NCBI RefSeq assembly: GCF_001949145.1
Contig: NW_019091355.1
Location: 3,950,646-4,014,645 of the forward strand
From: Acanthaster planci
Taxonomy: Eukaryota
DNA: 64,000 bases
Direction: 5' to 3'
In this document: one piece after another, positions 1 to 12,500 of the stretch
Position numbering within the stretch: position 1 is the stretch's first letter
How the letters are laid out: every line of letters starts with the position of its first letter
Position numbers and translations under genes: made by a program
Notes under the pieces: generated by a model
What the model was told of the DNA's origin: nothing
Seen by the model: the letters and a program-made list of their open reading frames with translations, nothing else
Database searches by the model: none

Positions 1-307
1 TTTTTGGTAATAATAAATGTTTGACTTACATTTTTCTTTGTACTACGTTTTACTTATAAAGATGTAAATTCCAGACTCATATTCCTTCCTTTTTGAGGTT
101 AAGATTACTTTTACAAAATCAGTATGACGTAGAATATAAGATTATTTGCTATGAAAAATCAAACCCTTAATCTTCATTACAAAAAAAATGGAAATTTCAA
201 TTCTAATTCTGCAGACCCTATGCGATCATTTCAAATGTACATGTACATGTAAAATGATCATTTTTCTACATCTCTTCATATACCCAGCAAGAAATGAGAC
301 CGAGGGG

Positions 308-486
308 TACCCTCCCAACATGTCCAATCCCTATACACATTCCAGACTATTGTTACTTAACACATCCCCCAAGATGTCTGAAAGGAATTCCCCAGATCCC
401 TGCGAGACAATGACCAACACAAAGCAGGGGGGGTTCTCTTCGTCTCATACCTTCCTGCATATGTGTCTTCACGTCCCCCTCGTCTA
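308..486 (+). repeat. Dispersed ~180-bp repeat family B, copy 1
   Basis: Shares GTCCAATCCCTATACACA, AGACTAT.GTTAC.TAACACAT, GAATTCC and ACAATGACCAACACAAAG + G-run with 38190-38368. Confidence 0.75.
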
Positions 487-1241
487 TGATACTCTCCAAT
501 CATCTCCTGGTTTCCAATTTCCTTAATTTTGCATGATTTGTGCTTTTACTTTCTAATGTATGTTTAGTTTGTGGTTTTTCTGATCAAGAAAACATAGCTA
601 GAAAAAAAAAATGGAACTTTTTTTGAGGTGAAACTTGCGTGACAGGAACACTGCTAGAGCACAGGGGCATCAAGAAGTTAATATAGTTTCCAGGCCCGGT
701 GGGTGTGATTGCATAAACAACGCACCTGGGATCTATGTGGCTCAACTGACCTATACCTGTACTTTGAGTAAGAGATTACCACCACAAGACCAGTCACGAG
801 ACTGATTAAAAAAAAAAACCCAGCCCGGAATGTAAAAGACAGGCTTTTTGAGGCAGTTGATTTGAATAGCTTGTGACTTGTGAACTTTCGTCTGGTCTGT
901 CTCTTCTGTACGGTGCAGTTCAAAAGATGCTACAGGCAACTGAGACATGCCTGCTGCCATGTTTAGATGCATGAATCTGTAGATTTTTGAAACAGACACT
1001 TTGACGACTTCAAATTTTTCACACTGGTAGTTTCCTTCCTCCACATCTTCCGACTAAACAGAGGAAAGTCTCTTTAGGAATTGCTTCTTGGAGATTATCG
1101 GCAGTCATTGTGTGCTAACGGATCGCTTCATCTACGCTGCACCAAGCTAAGCCGCTGAGCCAATTTTGAAGACAAAACAACTCTTTGCTGTCTAAAATAA
1201 AAGCAAAAAACAAGGACTAGGAATCCAGAAAGCTGTTACTG

Positions 1242-3590
1242 TTAAACTGTGGTGACAATATCTCCAGTGTCAACCTCAGCAGAGGAATCGCTGGGTGGAC
1301 GGATGGCAATCACATCCATGCTCTGGAAGACAAAAAAAGACATAAAAATGGCTAAAGACTCTCAAATGAATACAGAGCTTTTTATGTGATGTGAAATGAC
1401 CGGCAAAGGCATTTCAGAATGCCGACCAAGTCCTTGGAGGCACATGCATTTTCAAATCTGTGTATTTCTATCGGCAATTTTAACTACATGTATGTCAGAG
1501 TGTTGAGACAGTTTGAAGGCGAATATATTTGTTCACAAATCTGTGTAAATTAAATGCTGTCCGTCAAAAATCACACAACTGAAAATCCTCTGTACCAGTG
1601 ATGTATTGAAGATTCCGTTCCAAGCGTTTTTCCCTAATAAGGCCTGTGAGAGGATTTTTATTCGGCAATGTATATTATGGGACTTTCCATTCCTCCAAAA
1701 AAAATGAAACTTATTTGACATCCCTTTTGGGTATTATCTTGTTGGAAATTGCACTTTTATACATAGAGAATTGCCATAGTTTGCCTAACAAATCAGTCAC
1801 CGCTGCTGTGATGTCATTTCAGGAAGCAGCCGTCCATTGTACAGGTTTTCTGTTCAAATTGTGAACCCCTGGTTTGCTTTTATGTTGAAAATGATTTGGA
1901 GAAGACTTTGCTCGGTGGCCGAATGTCATCAACCAAATTATGAACAGAGCAGAAATTTGTACATATTTTTGTGCAAGAGTTCAATTCAGTTCACTTGTTC
2001 CGCTTATGCAGGAATATTTGGCCGAGTCCGGGCAGCTTGTTCTCGTATGTTCACGAACAGCTTGATTTGTTGTTCGTGGGTCGGCCGCTCGAACGCCGGC
2101 AACAAACAACCGGTTATTACAAGCAACATGAAACATGGCGGCGTCCATGTACGTTATTCGAGAGTTAAGGTTTGGATGGGCTGAGTTTTTTTCTTTATAA
2201 ACAGGAACATTCATTTCTGTGTTTCGGAAAATAATTAATGTTAATTTTGCAAAACTTCCCATTGTCTACATGGTCTATGGCTTTGGAAGCCATCTCTCTA
2301 CTTTTTCCAGCTGTTCAAAAATCAAAATCTCACGAGTTTTTCCGTGTGCTCCTGTAAAACCCTGACGAGGAGGTGGTGTGTGATCCTGTTCCGAGAACAA
2401 TGTTCTTGAGTCGTGTTCCCGCCGTTCGAGCGCGAGAATGAGAAACCCGTGTCAAGAACAGGCCGCCCGAACTCGACCTGAATGTTCGGTACAGCGGTCG
2501 CGTCGTTCGGTATATAGCAAAATTAACTGCCGAACGAACGTTTCGTTGCCGTGTTGAATACCGCCCTCTCTTGTCTAACCGAAGTGCACCCTCTTGTGAT
2601 ACCTTGTTTTGCTGTTTTCGTGACGTTTTACCGTTGCATTCAAGTTCAAGGTTTCTAGAAATGCATCTATTAATTATTTTTGTTTTTTATTTAAACTTGA
2701 GTTACAAAACTGATACTTAGTTTATCCTTAATGTCGTGAAACTACCGCTCAGGATCGATCTCTGATGCATGCTGTGGCAAAAATCTCGGTTGATTTGCAA
2801 CTGCACAATGTTTGGTAGGTTTTGTGCACAAAATATTGGGAGCCAAGGACAATGTTCAGTCCAGCCTAATGTTCGGTATAGCGACATTCCACTCTCCTAC
2901 AAAACATACAGATGACTGAACACACATTATCGTACATGGCGAATGCCATCAGCATTAGATTTCCTTGGCAGAAGATCTATTTTTTATGATAAGCCAAGTG
3001 CGAGTTCCCAGGAACGGCTAATCAATCGTACAATAGTTTACCCATCCCCACGATACATTCTAAAACTAAAGAATTATGAAAAAATACTGTCACAAAAGCT
3101 TATTTGATGCTCCAAATCTACTAAAGAAAGGTTCATCTGCTCTCTGTCCTTTGTGCGTGTCACCATCTTCGATCTTGCAAACCCAGCTCCGTTAAAACGT
3201 GATCAAAAGCAACTACTGATGTGTTGGATCACCGATCGCAATCTTTATCTTGGCGAAATAAACCAGCCCAATGACAGTGAATGGAAAATTTGCTTCCGTG
3301 CAAAAACAATGCCAGAGCTTTGCTTACCGTCTCCTCGGCTCTACCCTTCTTCCCCTTAAACTTCCTCTGCAGCTGGCTGCTGCCCACGCCAATCAGGGGT
3401 GAGTCCGGCCCCGAGCTGGCTCCAGCCAGGAAGCGGTGACCCTTGACCCCCATCATCTCCTCATTGTGCAGGTCCGGGGAGGCCTCGCCGGCGCTGGAGG
3501 GCAAGTGGTGCCGGGCTTCCTTGGGGCTGGCCGGGGCATTGGCTGTGGGGGGTTGGATGGGGTGCTGTGTCCTCCGCCTCCCGCTGCCGG
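1242..3590 (-). CDS. Adhesion GPCR cytoplasmic tail (exons 3590-3328 and 1322-1242) ending in a class I PDZ-binding motif
   Basis: Pro/Ser/Gly-rich exon spliced in phase 0 to SMDVIAIRPPSDSSAEVDTGDIVTTV*. Both acceptors have strong polypyrimidine tracts. Confidence 0.8.
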
Positions 3591-6500
3591 CTGAGATGAA
3601 AGAAGAGATGAGGGGTGGGGGTTAAGAGATGGGAGGGGGGGTGTCAATCCTAAAAGCTGTGTCATGCTGAAACAGGTAACTGCATGTACATTTGGTCAAA
3701 AGCTTATGGTAACGGTAATCCTTATTGGCCATGTCTGTTGTGGTCTCTGAAAATCTGAAAAAATTCAACTGAATGGCATACAAGTTTAGCATTTTATGGC
3801 TCATAACTTTCAGATTTGAGGAAGTCATTAGTTTACTAAAGATTTACTGAAAATATGGACAAGTCTGTTAGCCTTCATATAAATTTTTATCTTTAAAAGA
3901 AAAAGAATTTCGGCTTTCAAATAGGCTTGGGCTGAAAATTTAGGATTGCTTAACAGAAGCTGCATGTTTTTTCCTGTTTTGGCTTCAGATTTCATAAGGC
4001 AACTTGAAACTAAGACGTTTCTTTCCTTGCACCCATGAAAAATATAAATTTGGATATTTGATAATTGATTGAATATGTGAATATTCAGCACAGACCTAGC
4101 AGGCATCAACAGTGACTTTTGCAGTGCGTTAACTCAATTCCGTACTGTCGTGTTTTAGAGTCTGCAAATCTATTAGTATGTATCCTTTGTCTCTCCCCAA
4201 ATGAATTCTTGGAACCTTGATCCAAAGGGGCAAACGAAACAATCACAAGGAGTAATGGGTTACCCAGTGCCTTGATAGGTACGTAGCGTCTGTACACGCT
4301 GTACTTGGTGGAACGGGGAATGCTGGGTGACACGGTTAAGCCAAGCGTGGCACGACGTTCAGCCAAGATCTCAACTACCTCACTGTTCAGCACGCAGAAG
4401 AAGACAAAGAAGAATGCGCCCTGAAATAAACCATCACCCCAAAAAATGTTGATTTCAGAAATACTATAAGAATCTTTATAGCCAAAGAGAAGGGTACCCT
4501 CTGCTAGGCATGGCAGACACAGTACGCAAACTATTAAGAAGCATGGTCAAAAGCCACTTTTATTCCACAACGGCTATCTCTTAATACTTCTAACTCTGAA
4601 GGTTGGTTCATACTCCAGACATATACGAAAGCGAGGCCAATCCGACGCCATGAAATGTCTGAAATGACATGAAATGTGTTGAACTTTTGCTTGAGTTCAC
4701 TCTACAGGTTTGCAAGTTTCCACATTTTGAGCAGCGTTAACTTTTCATATCGAGATATAACTAAATAATTCAAGGGGTGAAGGATACAGAAAAATCAATA
4801 TTCAAACGCACCCAGCATGAACAAAATATAGAGTGCACAAGAAACAGTCTCTAAGGGTCCTGACACAAGACCCCATCAAGACCAAGATTTTGAGTCTCCC
4901 AGTGAGACGCTTGTGAAGCACATGAGAACATTTGGGCCCTCCACGATGGCACTTTAGTGGCATCTATCTCTTTGTTTCGACGCACCATTCGGTCAATACA
5001 CGGAGATCATTGATAGTCACCTGGAAAATGTTGAACATGGCAAAGAGAATCTGGGGGATGACGCTGAACATCAGGATGGACGTGATGGCAAAGGCCCAGG
5101 TGACCAACATTAACACACTCTGAATCCAACAGCCTTTGCAGTGGTTCCTGGAGAAGGGAGTCGATCAAAGGATACCAACGCGTGGCAATATCACCTCACC
5201 AACAGAAATAGCGCGGGGCAAGTTCTACTGACGGCTATGGTTAACTAAAAATTTGACCTATTAAAGTCAACCATTTGGAACCAGGCCCTAGGGTATGGTT
5301 GCACCGCTGGTTACAAACACTGAACAAACACTGAAAAAACACTGTACAAACTCTAGTATAGGTCTTTCCATTATGGCGAGAAAGAGACGAATATCAAGGA
5401 TACTTCATTGTCGCAGGCACTTTGTCTCCTACTCTCACAGAAACTCCCCCCAGCACACCCTCCCTGAACACAGTCCTACGCTTTGTGGCAATGGAACAGT
5501 CCCCTCCTACTTTTATTTGCCTATAATCAGGACTTAGCATCCCCACGGTTGTGAGACCTCTGTCGTGTCAACTGCTGATTACGCATCCATACTTGTTCTT
5601 CTTTCGACAGTAACGTGACTGGTGAGACTTTGGTTTGATGCTTGGTGCATAACTTACTCACCCGACAACCTTATTGGCCTCCCTGTCTTTGGAATAGGAG
5701 CTCTCCATGATGGCTTTGCCGGTGTAGACAAGTACAAATACTGTCACCTGAAAGAACAAACAGAAATTATTCATGGGATCTACAAACATCTTATGTAAAC
5801 AACTATTCATAAATACCTGAGACAGTTTAGCTATTCGTATTGGTTGAGAGCCGTCACGTGGCTGGTCTTAGAAATGGTTGAAGAAACACCGCTTGGCTGT
5901 GCGCCATCTCATGCAATATGCACCTACAGCACCAATCTCCATATAAGGAGATTGTTTATGATGTCTCACATGAGGCGCATAGACCTACCAAGTACCACCG
6001 GATCCGACTACCCACCACTGTTAATAAATGAGGCTTTAAAGCAAAATGCAACTGTTTGAAGTGTGCTGGTAATACATTATCTCTAACACTCCACAATCCT
6101 TCACCTGTTGGAGGACTGAGGAGTGTTAGGGTTAAAATAGGCCACTGAATTACCTAACAGATCCAGCATCATCATGTGGGGCATGAACACGAGCTGGTTT
6201 GCATAAAGTAATGCATAAGGGAAAGACAAGCACTGCGGACGTCCTTGGTTCGAATCCTACTGGGTGCTTTTTTTTTTTCTTCTTTTTTTTTCCAGTCATT
6301 TCCTGAGTTGGAAATGATATAAGTTTTGGAAAGGTTATTTAATTTGTACACTTGACGTTTGTTTTGTTCAAGGGGAGAAAAAAAATTCTCACTATTACAT
6401 TATTGCCTTAAGCCTAACTAACTAGCATGGCATCCATATTAAATAATGTGATAATACATTACCGGCATGTTTAAAATGGTGGCATTTTGCTTTAAAGGCT

Positions 6501-9500
6501 TCGTTTATTAACAGTAGTGGATAGTAAGATGCAAGCACGTAACTGAATTGCTTAGCATGAACAGATTTCCAATCGAAATGTCATGAAACATATTGCCTGC
6601 AACTGGTTCCCAGCAAAGTCTACTTAGCACACAAATTGTGCAAAGCAATTTTTCAACTGAGCACCCTTGCAAAGTGGGCCAGATGTCAAACATAACCTGA
6701 ACGTTTTGGGTCGACAGCAACTTGTGGCTTGATGAATCAATTCTTACCACCCAAAGTCCAATAGCTGGGCCAATCAAGAACCATATATGGTTGGTATCCA
6801 GGAGACACCTGTAAATGACATTAAAAATCAGTGACCAAAATCAAGGACAAAGTGGGCATGTGACAGTGAAGAAATGATTGATATCCTGATTTATGCTTTT
6901 TCTGCCTTCATTCAAAATGTACATTAATCTGTTACTGAAAAAAGTTAGGAGTTAGTTCTTCCTTTGTCAGACTTTGACTTTTTTTTGAAAGAATTTCTGA
7001 CAAAAAGTCCTTTTCAGTAATGGCACAACTTCATTTTAAATTTACAGGCTTTTCCACGAATCTCATGTCAACGCGTCACGTGACAAGTTGACAACATAAG
7101 CCATGGAGGCATGCACACATAAAAAAGGTTACTATAACATGAAAAAATAAGGTGATTGCTTCCGATCCCAGTTTTAAACCTTAATTTAATTTGATTTTCA
7201 CTTTCTACAAAATTTATGTGTTACCACCGAGCACTTCCGTGAACTTTCCAGAGCAACTTTTAATAGGAAAATATGCAATTAACTTCTAATGCAAATAACC
7301 AGGACAGCAAAAATTAGGAATGATTCCTAGATGTGTCCTGGCCCTGTTTTCTGGTCATTAAAAAGGATGGTGCACTCACACGTCAGACGAAAAATAAGTG
7401 TCCCATTTTATTTTGACAACAGCACCGACAAGGACAGCAGGGAACACTGTAAGAAAGTGATACAGGAAAACTGACATGAATATATTGCAATGAGTGTCGT
7501 ATCTTGGTAAGACATAAAACTTGATATCTGGATTCTATCCATGGACTTCTCTTTGGAATGAGCGAGTTCTTCATTCAGACAGCTCATGCTCAAAATGAAG
7601 TATGTCGTTGGTCATTTGAGAACGTCAATTTGCATGCGCAAGGTTGGGACTTGCACTTTACACTAATGCTAAATGAACATGTCACATTTCGCTGTCATGG
7701 TTCTGCTGCAAACTCTCCGGACGAGAGGCAACGCATTTCAATTTGAGCAAATTGTAATGACAGCTGCTTCTAGATGTCAACTGCACCCTGACTCAACATC
7801 CAGGTAAAATTTCAACCTGGTTTAAGACTGAAATTAACAGGACTATAAGAAATAATGATGCAATTACTGAAGTGCCATGCAAATCGTTTCAAACTGAAAC
7901 TTAATGTGGTAAAAATTCTGATGGGGGGGGTCTTCGGGTCGACGGTTTTCCGTACCATATCCTATGATGTAGTATCTCAGCATGTTGCGCTGTTGCTGGG
8001 TGTCGGCATGGATGGTGTTGACCACCTCCATGTACAGGTTGAATGCCTCGTTGCAGATCCACGCAAAGGTGGAGAGGAAGAAGAAGTGAATGGCGATGGC
8101 AAACACTTTGCAGACGGTCTGGATAATGTCGAGACGGGAGGGTGGGATAGACGTGACTTTGACATGAGCTTTCATGAAAGTGGTTGACTTCAATGACCCA
8201 GTTCGGTAATCCAAATGCGCACACAAAAAATGAAGTGCGTGTAAGGTCGCTAAGGAACGGCAATACATGTGCCGGGTCTGCCCCACGAGTGCGACCACAT
8301 GCCGACTCGCATGCATGCTTTGTTCTCGAATGACCTCGCTTTTTGAAATACCAAACTGGCTTACATTTGGTCTGGCGATGTGAAAACCTTGCAAGTGATG
8401 GACTTTCAACATGCCCTTTCTCTACAATAAGTCACTTCTATTTGCTGATCCAGGGACAAAAATACCGAGAACGATAATTGAGATTATTTAAAAAGAATTT
8501 CATATTTGTTTAGTCCCTCCGAAAAAAAAACCCTTTCACTACAACTGGTTCTGGGGCAAAAGAAAAACTAACACTTCAATGAGCGGTCCAAATCGGCACC
8601 TCTGTACATATAGCTGCAGCTTTTCCTCTGGAGCTAATTTCCTTCTCATCATCCAACCAAAGAATTCTCAAACCTGTCAAATTTGAAAGATCTACCGACG
8701 CGCTCACTCATTTCTTGGGTGAAGAAAAAGATAAAAGCTGTGCCGAGTTGTCCCAAAATTGAAAGTCTAGATATACTAGTGACAGAAGTGCACTTGCAAT
8801 AGACCGCTTTTGGTGAATCACCACGCCTTTTGGGAAACCTTTTTTTTTTCCCAAAATTTTTCTGAACCCAATTCAAGCTGAAAGTTGGTCTTTAAGTCAT
8901 GATGCTGTTTTCTTTTAATGAGTGAGTACCGCAAGAGAAGTTCTTAAGTTCTGGTTTGTCAATCCATCTATGAACAACTTCACAGTATGCCTGCACGAGA
9001 GATGGAGCCACCTGAACGCTTTCCGTATTTTAATAATTTACGCTCAAAACTGCATGAGTTCAAACTCATGTAATGATCTCAACATAAACTAGGTGCCTGC
9101 TACAAAACTATCCAACAAAGAAAAAAAATCAAATATTGTGATATTCCACCAGATCTGAAAAGACTAAATGTGCCAATGTAAAATATCAGAACAGATGAAT
9201 TTACCTCGTTTTCATCACGGGTGATTCCAATAAAATAGCATAGCTGAAGACAAATCATGGATAGGCCCAGGTTACGATGCACAGCCACGGTATCCGTTTC
9301 ACACCTAGAGAGACGATAAAGATTTGACAAATTGACGAGGAAAACTCCACATGACGGGAAAAAGATTACAAATAAAGGAAGAACATGATTTTCCAGTATT
9401 TTCTTAAAAATGAAACACAGTAATCTTTTAAATTTTCTTTCATCGCTGAAGCCGGCTTAACAACTCACAGTTGTTGATTAAATCTGCTCAAGAATGCCGA

Positions 9501-12500
9501 TGGAACTTAATTACCTGAGGTAAATGAAGACAGCCATGGAGGTTGTGAAGAGACTTAGGGAGACAAGGATACCGATGTAAGACGCAACCGTCAGGTAGAA
9601 GTGAGGGGGCTCCCCTGGGTCCCACTGACAACAGTAAAATGTGGTACAGGCTGTAAACGGTTGTGCTTAAGGAGGCTATTCTTGAAAATGCACCATTGGG
9701 TTTCATTTCACCCTATTTCCAGTTTTTGTTTTGTGCCTTTTTTGGTTTTTCTCAAATTCCCCCAAAACATTCTGAACTTTATAAACATTTAAAACTTAAG
9801 AAAGTGTTTTATCTTCAAAATTCAAGAAGTGCTCTGTCAGCTGCATCAACCTTTTCACTCACTCTGTGTCTGAATAGACCAAGTATGTCACTGCTTAAAT
9901 TTCTTCTAAGTAAGCCCACAACGAGTGCGTAAGAGGTTCCCAGAAGATTTGCACACAATGACACTACTCTAGAAAGACCAAGTCAGCATTTTTTTTAATG
10001 GATTGAACTTTAAGGGAGTCAAAATTGATCAATCCTGTCATGGTTCTGCAAATGTTATTTAAAAAACCTCAACTTCTCTTATGAAGCACGATCACAATTT
10101 TCTACAAACGACTGAAAATAGTTGACACCAAAGGGTTGCTATTAAATTCCAACAAAGCTGGCCCTTCCAGCCAGATGGACGCCTTCTCAAGCACTGCAAT
10201 AATTTGGATAACTTGAAGATCCAGTGGTGTTGACAGAGTTTCATCCACTGCGAACTTACGTTGACATCGTACATGTCCGTGGTTATTGCAAAGGTGCCAA
10301 GATGGCTGCAGCTGCACTGGGCATGCTCACCGTCGCTCTCTGTCACCTCACAGCCCATCCCCATCCATTCCCAGTCATTGGGACTGCAGGGACAGACGTC
10401 AAAGATACGAAAGGATTGAAATCAACAATTTTGTCTCAAATGAGGCATTTAGTTTGCTCTGGAGATTCAATTCTTGCTCTTTCAAAGTCTCCCTAATCAA
10501 GCAATGTATGCGACTGCCCCATCTCTCAGCCTTTCTAGAAATCTGCTCTTATTCAAATTTTCTGTATACAATGTATGATGATGAAAAGCAGAAAGCAAGA
10601 AGACAAACATTCAAATAGATTGAGGCTGATCTTTGGCGAAGTTTTCCAAAAATACTACACATCCATGTGTAGTATTTTGGATATCCAAACCTATTTGTAC
10701 TGCACCAGTATTGGTTGAGGATGAAGCTACGAGTACATGGATTTCTTTGCACCAGAAGGATTTTAAGACTGATCGTGGCCAAACGGTCTAAGAATGGTGT
10801 ATATAATTTAAGAAGTTACATATTCAGAGTGCTCAGGAAATGGAAAGTATCTGTGACTCGGCCTGCTAATGAAGTAAGATACAAATCAAAGTCCGGTACA
10901 AGATTGCTGTTACACGAGTTTTGTTTCTCTCAAATTGAACAAGCAATGCTGAATATGACATGGCCTATACAGAAGAAAGTCAGAGAAACTAGACCGCATG
11001 GTCTGTGATCTCTGCGGCCAGTGTAAGACCACAAAATTTCGATGAAAATATACGATGAATGTTTCTTGAGTTTATGCTGACGGACAAAGTCCATGATTCT
11101 CACTTCCATACCGCTGACAAGTTGTGAACCCTAACATCTGTAATTTCTCTTCATGAAAATATCCAATGAACATAAGCTCGATTCCTCCAACGTTGATTCC
11201 ACTTTTTAAGTTTTCACTATACACAGGAACTCGGAAAAGGACTTGTTAAACAGCAGAAGTTCTTTTGCAGTTGTTTCTTAGCATTACTACTTGTTCTGTG
11301 GGTACTTACGTGGGATTCGTCGCTAGCGTCACACACTCTGGGTTGGAAATATTCATCGTCTACAGCACAATCCCAAATTCATTGATTTCTCATTAAAACC
11401 AGTCTAAGTGTTTCCACTTTTCTGACAGTTAGGTACGTAGGAGCGATCCCAACTTATTAATTAAAAGTTGATATTCCCTTTCCAACACTTTGCAGAAGTT
11501 CCAGATAAAGTTGAATTTCAAAGCATATGTAAACCATTCATGTTTGCAATTAAACCACCCTTTGCAATGCTAATAATTTGCCTCTTTGGATTGTGGCAGA
11601 TAATAAAGACATCTCTGAGTGGTGAGATGTCTGGGTGAAAAATCTTTTCATCGTTTAGGAGGAATGATGGAAATAGAATTTGGGGGAAAGGGGACGTCAA
11701 GGAAATTTTCTAAGGAGGTAAGTTTTCTAAGGAGGTAACCGTAAGTCCACTTTTCAAACACTGAATAAAAATAAAACAACAGCAGATGAAAATGACAAAG
11801 TAACTTAATGGAAGCATTTTCAAAGTAAACAGCGTGAAAAAGGGCTAACTGGAATTTGGGTAAAAACTGACGGGGGTGGAGTTGGAGTTGGGGTGGGGGT
11901 TACCCCTTTCCACTGTAGGGCCACGATTGCTCTAAAGGGACATTAAAATGGTGTCAATTCAAGAGCCTTTGGAATTGACGTCTGTGATATGTGACGCTTT
12001 ATGCCCCACTTTGATACTGCTCAACCAGGCTTTTCTAAATGGGCACTCACCGTTTTATATTTCATGACATAGCTGATTGGGTCAGACGTGTTCGTGAAGA
12101 CGATGCTGTCATCCTTGAGATGTACCCTGGTTGTTATGATGACGCTGTTCACGTTATCCTCCTTGTGCAAATGTTCCTTGGCTTTGTCGCGGTAGAACTT
12201 GACTACAATTGGCCTGTGTTTTAGAATGGAGTCACCCAAGCCAAAATAAGTACTTGATTTTCTCTACAGTATCGTGATTCCTGGGGAGACTATATTCAGT
12301 TGTGTTTTGAGAGAATTTTGCATAAGTTTTAAATTCTTAAAAAGGATAATACATGCTTTAAAAAGGTAATTTTTAAGGATGCCACACAATAATTTAAGGG
12401 ATCAACACGTAACCATAACATTTAGGTGGAAACATGAAAAAAATACTTGACCGTCATACAAGGATGCTTTTCTCTCGTGCAAATACACAACTTTGTGCAC

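Noticed and set aside
2362..2400. CTGACGAG as a hammerhead ribozyme core
   Set aside because: No convincing stem II closed by GAAA, and no flanking stems.
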